Source: Candidatus Saccharimonadota bacterium
GTDB lineage: Bacteria; Pseudomonadota; Gammaproteobacteria; Enterobacterales; Enterobacteriaceae
Length of the DNA stretch: 32,000 bases
Assembly (NCBI GenBank): GCA_002688505.1
Contig: CP024013.1
Span: 150,001-182,000 of the forward strand
Reading direction: 5' to 3'
The notes under the pieces are model-generated. The model was given only the letters and a program-made list of their open reading frames with translations. It did not search any database and was not told where the DNA came from. A program made the position numbers and the translations under genes. Shown piece after piece: positions 10,770-26,610 of the stretch (within the stretch, counting starts at the first letter, position 1; each line of letters begins with the position of its first letter).

Positions 10770-10840
10770 TGGGGTATAGCCAAGAGGTAAGGCATCGGGT
10801 TTTGATCCCGAGATCCCAGGTTCAAATCCTGGTACCCCTG
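10770..10840 (+). tRNA. tRNA-Gln (anticodon UUG)
   Basis: It is collinear with E. coli tRNA-Gln (UGGGGUAUCGCCAAGCGGUAAGGCACCGG...). It has acceptor tggggta/tacccct, anticodon stem tcggg/cccga with loop ttTTGat, and T arm ccagg-ttcaaat-cctgg with discriminator g. No CCA is encoded. Confidence 0.9.
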
Positions 10841-10845
10841 TAAAT

Positions 10846-10919
10846 AGCTACGTAGCTTAGTAGGTTAGAGCACAGCATTCATAACGCTGAGGTCACAGGT
10901 TCAAGTCCTGTCGTAGCTA
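10846..10919 (+). tRNA. tRNA-Met (anticodon CAU; elongator type by similarity, but Ile2-lysidine identity not excluded)
   Basis: agctacgtagcttagtaggttagagcacagcattCATaacgctgaggtcacaggttcaagtcctgtcgtagcta is very close to E. coli elongator tRNA-Met (GGCUACGUAGCUCAGUUGGUUAGAGCACAUCACUCAUAAUGAUGGGGUCACAGGUUCGAAUCCCGUCGUAGCCA). No CCA is encoded. Confidence 0.85.
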
Positions 10920-10951
10920 ATTTAATTTTTTTAAATTTTATTTTTATAAAA

Positions 10952-12280
10952 ATGCATAGAAAAGTTTATTTAAAAACTTGAGGTTGTCAAATGAATCATT
11001 ATGATTCAGATAAAATATTAAATTATTTAAAAATTAATAATCATAAAATAGTAGATAATTATATTGATTCTGATTTAATTATATTAAATACTTGTTCTAT
11101 AAGAAAAAAATCAGAATATAAAGTTTTTAATTTTTTAGAAAGATTAAGATCTTTTAAAAAAGAAAAAGATAATTTAATTATTTGTATTTGTGGATGTTTA
11201 TCAACTCAAGAAAAAGAAAAAATATTTTTACGTAATGATTTAATAGATATAGTATGTGGTCCTCAATCAATACATAAATTAAATAAATTAATTTATAAAT
11301 TTATAAAATATAAAAAAAAGTTAATTGATATAAAATCTTATAAAATAGATAAAAATAATATTAATAATAAAATTTTTAATTATAATAATATTAAATTAAA
11401 TACTTATGTTACTATTATAGAAGGATGTAATAAATTTTGTTCATATTGTATTGTGCCTTTTACTAGAGGTAAAGAAATAAGTAGGTCACCAGAAAAAATT
11501 TTAGATGAGATTTGTTATTTATCTAATAATAATGTTTGTGAAATAAATTTATTAGGTCAAAATGTAAATGCTTATTCTGGTATTTTTAATAATGGTGATT
11601 TATGTAGTTTTTCTAATTTATTAAATTTAATTTCTAAAATTAATAATATTAAAAGAATAAGATTTACTACTAGTAATCCGTATAATTTTAGTGATGATAT
11701 TATAAATGCTTATAAAAATATTAATAAAATAGTTAATTATTTACATTTACCTGTTCAGAGTGGTTCAAATAAAATATTAAAATTAATGCGTAGAAAATAT
11801 GATATAGAATTTTATAAAGATTTAGTAAAAAGAATTTTATATGTAAGACCTAATATGATTTTTAGTACTGATTTTATAGTAGGTTTTCCTGGTGAATCAG
11901 AAAAAGATTTTTTATTAACTTTAGATTTAATAAATGAATTAAAATTTGATCATAGTTATATATTTATGTATTCTCCAAGACCTGGTACAGAATCTTTTTA
12001 TATGAAAGATAATATAGATTTAATTGAGAAAAAAAGAAGATTTAGAGAAATAAAATATTTAATAGATAATAATATAATTTATTGAAATAAAAAAATGTTA
12101 AATAATAAATATGATATATTAGTTGAAGGTTTTTCAAAAAAAAATTCTAAATTTTTATTTGGTAAAACAGAAAATAATAGGAAAGTATATTTTATTGGTA
12201 ATAAAAATATGTTAGGTAAAATAATATCTGTTAAAATAAATGATATTAGTAATAAAAATTATTTATATGGTAATTTATAA
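10952..12280 (+). CDS. miaB: tRNA-i6A37 methylthiotransferase MiaB (radical SAM)
   Basis: The true start is ATG 10952 (MHRKVYLKTWGCQMNHYDSD, the MiaB N-terminal signature, with TGA at 10979 as the conserved W). Track ORFs 10991 and 12095 are in the same frame and joined by TGA at 12083. It has the radical-SAM motif CNKFCSYCIVPFTRG and a C-terminal TRAM-like domain. 442 aa. Confidence 0.9.
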
Positions 12281-12312
12281 TATAAATAAAATATTAAAAT
12301 ATAAATTTTGTA

Positions 12313-12981
12313 ATGAAAAAAAAATCTAAAAATAGAATATCAAATATTAATTTAAATTATATTAAACCTAAAAATAGTAAACAATTTTTATATTTAAATA
12401 ATATTTATAATAAAGTAATTACTTTTGGTATAGGTGTATCAGGTACAGGTAAAACTTATTTATCTACTTTTGCTGCTATAAATTATTTGAATAAAAGAAA
12501 AGTATATAAAATAATTTTAGCTCGTCCTATAGTAGAAGCAGGTGAAAAATTAGGTTTTTTACCAGGAAATTTTAATCAAAAAATTAATCCTTATTTATGT
12601 CCTATATATGATGTTTTGTTTGAAATATTAGGTTCTAATTTTTATAAAAAATATATATATAGTAATATAATAGAAGTAGTTCCTTTGGCTTATATGAGAG
12701 GTAGAACTTTTAATAATAGTTTTATAATTTTAGATGAAGCTCAAAATACTACAATTAATCAAATGAAAATGTTTTTAACTAGATTAGGTTTTAATTCTAG
12801 AGCTGTTATAAATGGTGACATATCACAAATTGATTTATCTAAAAATATTATTTCTGGTTTAAAACATGCTATTAATATATTTAAGAATTATAATAATATA
12901 GGTTTTACTTTTTTTAATTGTAAAGATATAATTCGTTCATCTATTTTAAAAGATATAATAAATGCTTATGAAAAAAAATAA
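12313..12981 (+). CDS. ybeZ: PhoH-family ATPase (YbeZ-like), core domain only
   Basis: Motifs: GVSGTGKTYL (Walker A), LARPIVEAGEKLGFLPG, PLAYMRGRTFNNSFIILDEAQNTT, QMKMFLTRLGFNS and NGDISQIDL. The miaB-ybeZ-ybeY order matches E. coli. At 222 aa it is about 100 aa shorter at the N-terminus than E. coli YbeZ. Confidence 0.9.
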   Translation: MKKKSKNRISNINLNYIKPKNSKQFLYLNNIYNKVITFGIGVSGTGKTYLSTFAAINYLNKRKVYKIILARPIVEAGEKLGFLPGNFNQKINPYLCPIYDVLFEILGSNFYKKYIYSNIIEVVPLAYMRGRTFNNSFIILDEAQNTTINQMKMFLTRLGFNSRAVINGDISQIDLSKNIISGLKHAINIFKNYNNIGFTFFNCKDIIRSSILKDIINAYEKK

Positions 12982-13420
12982 TTTATATATGGTTAATAAA
13001 TTTTTAAATTTAAATATTTATTTTAATGATTGTTTTTTTTTAATTGATAAATTTTATATTAATAAATTATTTTATAATTTATTTACTTTTTTTAATATTA
13101 ATAAATATATTAGTGTAACTTTAGTTAATAAATATTATATTTTATATTTAAATAATAGATTTAATAATAGTAATAAATATACTAATATTTTAACATTTAA
13201 ATTTTATAATCCTATAAAATATAATTTATTAGGTGATATTATAATATGTCCAAAAATATTATTAATTGATTCTTTAAAAAAGAATAAAAATTATATGTAT
13301 TATTTTTTATATATATTAATTCATGGTTTTTTGCATTTAGTTAAATTTAATCATAAAAATAATTATAATTATAAAAAAATGAAATTTTTTGAATATTATT
13401 TTTTAAATTTTATGAAATAA
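12962..13420 (+). CDS. ybeY: endoribonuclease YbeY (16S rRNA maturation metalloprotease-like RNase)
   Basis: HGFLHLVKFNH matches the YbeY zinc-binding motif HGxLHLxGxDH. The size (143-152 aa) and the position after ybeZ also fit. The start is uncertain: ATG 12962 overlaps ybeZ by 20 nt, and the in-frame ATGs at 12968 and 12989 are alternatives. Confidence 0.8.
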   Translation: MLMKKNNLYMVNKFLNLNIYFNDCFFLIDKFYINKLFYNLFTFFNINKYISVTLVNKYYILYLNNRFNNSNKYTNILTFKFYNPIKYNLLGDIIICPKILLIDSLKKNKNYMYYFLYILIHGFLHLVKFNHKNNYNYKKMKFFEYYFLNFMK

Positions 13421-13524
13421 TTTTTTATTTAATATTTTCTGTTTTAGAAATATATTGTTTTTTTTAAATTTATAAATTAAAATATATAATTTATAATTTA
13501 TATATATTTAATAATATTAAAGAA

Positions 13525-13896
13525 ATGTATATTTTTTTTAAAAAGATAGAAAATTTTTATAAATTATTTTTAATATCAATATTATTATTTTTTATATTTT
13601 TGTTTAATTTTTATTATTATAATAAATTATTTTGATTATTAAATTTATTATTTAATATTTTATTATATTTTATTTTATTTTCAATTATTAAATCTTTATT
13701 ATGATTTAAAAATTTTATTAATTTTTTAAATGAATCTAAAAATGAACTTAAAATAGTTAGTTGATCTTCTAATTATAATATTATAAAAATTGTGTTAATA
13801 GTTTTTTTATTTAGTTTATTAATTTCATGAATAATTTGATTTATAGATATAGTTATAATATATACTTTAACTATATTAAAAAATTTGAGGTTATAA
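13525..13896 (+). CDS. secE: preprotein translocase subunit SecE
   Basis: This gene is not in the ORF track because it has 5 in-frame TGA codons. It is 123 aa with three hydrophobic segments. The C-terminal part, NESKNELKIVSWSSNYNIIKIVLIVFLFSLLISWIIWFIDIVIIYTLTILKNLRL, parallels E. coli SecE ...[54 protein letters not shown]. It lies directly upstream of nusG, the universal arrangement. Confidence 0.7.
13886..13890 (+). promoter_or_regulatory. Shine-Dalgarno-like tgagg for nusG, embedded in the last codons of secE
   Basis: GAGG at 13887-13890 lies 7 nt upstream of the nusG ATG (13898). G-rich tetramers are rare in this sequence. The secE stop (13894-13896) is 1 nt from the nusG start, which suggests translational coupling. 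Confidence 0.35.
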
Positions 13897-13897
13897 A

Positions 13898-14443
13898 ATG
13901 TATAATAATTCTAAAAAATGATATGTTATACAAGTTTTTTCAGGTTTTGAAAATAAAGTAGTTAATAAATTAAAATATTTTATTAAATTAAATAATTTAG
14001 AAAATGATTTTGGAGATATTTTAGTTCCAACTGAACAAGTTATGGAGATTAAAAATGGTATTAAAATAAAAAGTGATCGCAAATTTTTTCCTGGTTATTT
14101 TTTAATTAATATGATTATGAATGAAAGAAATTGATATTTAATAAAAAATATTCCTAGAATAATAGGTTTTATTGGAGGAAATTCAATTAATCCTTTTCCT
14201 ATAAGTAAAAAAGAAGTTAATATTATAAAAGATAAATTAAATAAAATAGGTGGAAAACCTAAACCAAAAATATTATTTGAATTAGGAGAATTAATTAGAG
14301 TAAATAGTGGTCCTTTTTCTGATTTTAGTGGTACTGTAGAAGAAGTAGATTATGATAAAAATAGATTAAAAGTTGCTGTATTAATATTTGGTAGATCTAC
14401 TCCTGTGGAGTTAGATTTTTCACAAGTAGAAAAAAGTTATTAA
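13898..14443 (+). CDS. nusG: transcription termination/antitermination factor NusG
   Basis: This gene is not in the track as a single ORF (TGA at codon 8 and a second near 14131). The N-terminus [21 protein letters not shown] carries the NusG signature and the KOW domain [50 protein letters not shown] is present. 181 aa, the same length as E. coli NusG. Confidence 0.92.
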
Positions 14444-14473
14444 TTTTTTATAAATTTATTGTTTTAATTTAAA

Positions 14474-14902
14474 ATGTCTAAAAAAATTAAGTCTTATATT
14501 AAATTACAAGTTTTATCTGGTATGGCTAATCCAAGTCCTCCTGTAGGTCCAATTTTAGGACAGAAGGGTTTAAATATTATTAATTTTTGTAAATTATTTA
14601 ATAAAAAAACTTCTAATTTAGATAAAGGTATTCCTATACCTGTTGTAATAACAGTTTTTTCTGATCGTACATTTAGTTTTATAATTAAAAGTCCTACTGT
14701 TTCTTATTTAATAAAGAAATATGTTTTAATTAAAAAAGGTTCTAGTAATCCTGGTAAAAATATTGTAGGTTATATTAATGATAAACAATTAATTAAAATA
14801 GCTAAAATTAAAATTTTAGATACTAATTCATATGATATAAAACAATTAGTTAAATCTATTATTGGAACTGCAAATTCTATGGGAATTAAATATAAAAATT
14901 AA
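14474..14902 (+). CDS. rplK: 50S ribosomal protein L11
   Basis: IKLQVLSGMANPSPPVGPILGQKGLNIINFCKLFN is the L11 N-terminal domain signature. 142 aa, in the canonical position after nusG. Confidence 0.95.
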   Translation: MSKKIKSYIKLQVLSGMANPSPPVGPILGQKGLNIINFCKLFNKKTSNLDKGIPIPVVITVFSDRTFSFIIKSPTVSYLIKKYVLIKKGSSNPGKNIVGYINDKQLIKIAKIKILDTNSYDIKQLVKSIIGTANSMGIKYKN

Positions 14903-14927
14903 TTTTTATATTTTTAAAATATTAAAT

Positions 14928-15590
14928 ATGAAAAAAATATTAAAACATGGTAAAGAAAATATTTTAAATAGTTTTACTGTTATTTTTGATAATTTAAAAA
15001 AAGAAAATATTAAAAGAAATTTTATAGAATCTATTGATGTTTCTATAATTTTAGATATAGATATAAAGGATGCAAATCAATATATTATTGGCAGTGTTAA
15101 ATTACCTTATTTTAATGGTAAAAAATATAAAATATTTATTTTAGATGATAATTTAAATAAAGATTTAGTTTTATCTTGAGGTGCTGATTTAATAAATATT
15201 AATGATTTAATAAATAAAAAAATAAATTATAATTTTAATTTAGTTATTACAACTCCAAATTATTTTAATAAATATAGTGATAAAATATCTAATTTATTAG
15301 CTTCTAAAAATATTATACCTAATATAAAATTAGGTACAATTACTAATGATATAAAAAGTTCAGTATATGATTTTTTAAATGGTAAAATTATTTATAGAAA
15401 TGATAAATTTGGTATTATAAATTTATGTATAGGTAAAATAAATTTTGATAGCTATAAATTATCAAATAATTTATTAACTTTATTAAATTCAATTAAATTA
15501 AATAAATCTAAATTTATTAAAACATTTATGTTTATAAAAAAAATTTTTGTTTCCAGTACTATGGGTAAAAGTTATATAATTAAAATGTAA
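14928..15590 (+). CDS. rplA: 50S ribosomal protein L1
   Basis: Track ORF 14862-15179 starts inside rplK. The plausible start is ATG 14928 (MKKILKHGK). The frame continues through TGA at 15177 to TAA at 15588-15590, giving 220 aa. Matches to E. coli L1: FIESIDVSIILDID (FVESVDVAVNLGID), IPNIKLGTITNDI (MPNPKVGTVTPNV), GKIIYRNDKFGIINLCIGKINFD ([23 protein letters not shown]), and IKKIFVSSTMG. Confidence 0.9.
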
Positions 15591-15630
15591 TTTTAATATT
15601 TATTTATGAAAAATAATTTAGGTAATTAAA

Positions 15631-16122
15631 ATGTTGTTAAAATTTAAAGATAAAAAAAAATTAGTTTTTAAACTTAATAATAATTTAATTAAATGTGTAT
15701 CTATAGTTTTAGTAAGTTTTAAAAATTTTCAATGTAATATTTTAAATAGTTTAAGAAAGAAAATTTATGAAAATAATTCTTTTATGTTAGTTTTAAAAAA
15801 TAATTTATTAAAATTAGCTATTAAAAATACTAAAATAGATTTTTTAAATAAATTTATATTAGGTCCTAGTATTATTTTTTATTCTTATAAAAATATTAAT
15901 AATATTTTAAAAATATTATATTATAATAATATTTATAAGAATAAATTTACATTAAGATGTTTAATATATAAAAATAAAAATATTTCTTTAAGTCTTAAAG
16001 ATAAATTAATTAAATTAGATAATTTTGATAAGGCTATTTTTTATTTTTGTTATTATATAAAAAATATAACTATTTTAAAATTTTTAAATATTTTATTAAA
16101 ATTAAAAAATTTAAAAAGTTAA
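15631..16122 (+). CDS. rplJ: 50S ribosomal protein L10
   Basis: 163 aa, located between rplA and rplL. It aligns with E. coli L10: LRKKIYENNSFMLVLKNNLLKLAI with [24 protein letters not shown], and FILGPSIIFYS with FVGPTLIAYS. The remainder is highly diverged. Confidence 0.8.
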   Translation: MLLKFKDKKKLVFKLNNNLIKCVSIVLVSFKNFQCNILNSLRKKIYENNSFMLVLKNNLLKLAIKNTKIDFLNKFILGPSIIFYSYKNINNILKILYYNNIYKNKFTLRCLIYKNKNISLSLKDKLIKLDNFDKAIFYFCYYIKNITILKFLNILLKLKNLKS

Positions 16123-16152
16123 TTAATTAATTTTTATTGAAAATATAAATAT

Positions 16153-16530
16153 ATGAAAGAAATAACTAAAGAGCAAATATTAGATAGAATTTCATCAATG
16201 TCTTTAATAGAAGTTATTGAATTAATAGATTGTATGGAAAAAAAATTTGGTATAAATAGTTCTACTTTTGAATCAAATTTAATTTCTAATGATAATTCTA
16301 ATATTAAAAAAGAAGAAAAAAAAGAATTTGATTTATATTTAAATTCTATTGGTAATAATAAAATATCTGTTATTAAAATTATTAGAAATTTTTTAAATAT
16401 TGGTTTAAAAGAAGCAAAAGATTTAGTAGATTCTTGTCCTGTTTTAATTAAAGATAAAATTAATAAAAATGATTTAGATATATTAAAAAAATCTTTAGAT
16501 GAATCAGGAGCAATTACTGAAATAAAATAA
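16153..16530 (+). CDS. rplL: 50S ribosomal protein L7/L12
   Basis: The N-terminal dimerisation domain ITKEQILDRISSMSLIEVIELIDCMEKKFG and the C-terminal domain KISVIKIIRNFLNIGLKEAKDLVDSCPVLIKDKINKNDLDILKKSLDESGAITEIK closely parallel E. coli L7/L12. Confidence 0.92.
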   Translation: MKEITKEQILDRISSMSLIEVIELIDCMEKKFGINSSTFESNLISNDNSNIKKEEKKEFDLYLNSIGNNKISVIKIIRNFLNIGLKEAKDLVDSCPVLIKDKINKNDLDILKKSLDESGAITEIK

Positions 16531-16563
16531 AATAATTTATATTAAATAAAAGTTGGAAATTAT

Positions 16564-20574
<4,011 letters not shown>

Positions 20575-20616
20575 TTAAATTTATTAATTTAAGAAGTTTA
20601 TTTGGGAATTAATTTA

Positions 20617-24819
<4,203 letters not shown>

Positions 24820-24856
24820 AGTTAATTATTTTAAATATATATTATATAATAATATT

Positions 24857-25858
24857 ATGAAAAAAAAAGATTTATTATTTAGTGCTATTCAACCTACAGG
24901 TGGTATAACTATAGGTCATTATTTAGGTATATTTAAATTGTGAAATTTATTACAAAATAAATATATTTGTTTATATTGTATAGCTAATTTACATTCATTA
25001 AGTATTTTAAATAAAAATAATTTAATTAATGTAAATATTTTTGATTTAGTTTCTTTGGTTTTATCTTTTAATATTGATCCACATAAATGTATAATATTTT
25101 TACAATCTGATATTGTTGAACATTTAAAATTGTATTGAATATTGAATTGTTATACATATATAGGTGAATTAAATAGAATGACTCAATTTAAAGAAAAATC
25201 TAATAAAAAAATTAATAATAATTTGTCTTTATTTAGTTATCCTGTTTTAATGGCTTCTGATATATTATTATATGATTCTAAATATGTATGTATAGGTTAT
25301 GATCAATTACAACATTTAGAATTAGTACGTGTTATATCAAAAAGATTTAATAAAATATATAATTGTAATTTTTTTGTTTATCCAAAACATATAATAAGCA
25401 AAAGATTTTCTAGAATTATGTCTTTATTAAATGTTAAAAAAAAAATGTCAAAGTCAGATAATAATACAAATAATGTTATTTTTTTATTGGATAATATTGA
25501 TTTAATTAAATATAAAATTAATAATTGTGTTACTGACAGTGATAATCCACCTAAAATAATTTTTGATATTAATAATAAACCTGGAATTTCTAATTTATTA
25601 AATATATTATCTGGTATAAAGAATGTTTCTATTAAATCTTTAGAAGAATATTTTTATAAAAGTAATTATAAAAAATTTAAGGATATATTGTCTAAAGAAT
25701 TATGTAATTTTATAAAATTATTACAAAAAAAATTTAATTTTTATAGAAAAGATAAAGATTTAATTAAAAATATATTATTAAATGGAAAAAATAGAATAAA
25801 AAATATTGCTAAAAAAAAAATTTTAAATTTAAATAAAATATTAAATTTAACAATTTAA
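24857..25858 (+). CDS. trpS: tryptophan--tRNA ligase
   Basis: The start is ATG 24857 (MKKKDLLFSAIQPTGGITIGHYLG, a HIGH-type motif). The TGAs at 24941 and 25136 join it to track ORF 25142. NCYTYIGELNRMTQFKEKS matches E. coli NCYTYFGELSRMTQFKDKS, and the KMSKS motif is present. 333 aa (E. coli 334). Confidence 0.93.
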
Positions 25859-25868
25859 TAGTAATATT

Positions 25869-26519
25869 TTATCATTTTATTTGTTTTAATTTTAGTAATT
25901 TTAAAAATTTATTTATTTTTATAAAATGATTACATCCATAAAATCCTTTATTAGCAGATAAGGATGATGGATGTGATGAATATAATATTATATGTTTTTT
26001 TTTATTTATTAATTTTATTTTTTTTTTTGCATAATTTCCTCATAATACAAATATAATATTATTTAAATATTTATTAATATATAAAATTATATTATTAGTA
26101 AATTTTTCTCATCCTATATTTTTATGTGATAAAGGTTTATTTTCTTCTACTGTTAAAATACTATTTAATAATAGAATTCCTTGTCTAGATCATTTTTTTA
26201 AACATCCATGTTTAGGTATATTAAAATTTATAAATTCATTTTTTATTTCTTTATATATATTTTTTATACATTCAGTTAATTTTATATTTTTATTAATTGA
26301 AAAAGCTAATCCATTAGCTTGATTTTTTTTATAATATGGATCTTGTCCTATGATAACTACTTTAGTTTGATTAAATTTTGTTAATTTAAATGTTTCAAAA
26401 ATTTTATTTTTTTTTGGAAAAATTTTTTTTATTTTATATTCTTTTTTTAAAAATTTAATTATATTTATAAAATATTTTTTTGTTTTTTCTTTGTTTATTA
26501 TTTTTTTTCATGTAATCAT
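25869..26519 (-). CDS. ung: uracil-DNA glycosylase (family 1)
   Basis: This minus-strand ORF of 216 aa is not in the track because it has 5 in-frame TGA codons. Motifs: VVIIGQDPYYKKNQANGLAFS (catalytic water-activating loop GQDPY), QGILLLNSILTV, SHKNIGWEKFT, FVLWGNYA and HPSSLSA (the HPSPLS Leu-intercalation loop). It is convergent with trpS with a 10-bp gap. Confidence 0.9.
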
Positions 26520-26610
26520 AATTTATTAATATATAATATTATTATTTATTTATTTAATTATTAATTTATAATATTTTATAATTTATTATTATATATATAT
26601 TTTTATATTA

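Noticed and set aside
13891-14082. A 63-aa minus-strand ORF in the track.
   Set aside because: It lies entirely antisense to the well-supported nusG N-terminus, has no recognisable motifs, and is the kind of spurious open frame expected opposite a gene in AT-rich DNA.
14862-14927. The track starts the rplA ORF at 14862, which would overlap rplK by 41 nt.
   Set aside because: This extension is simply the alternative frame of the rplK 3' end. ATG 14928, 25 nt after the rplK stop, gives an N-terminus (MKKILKHGK) and a length (220 aa) consistent with L1.
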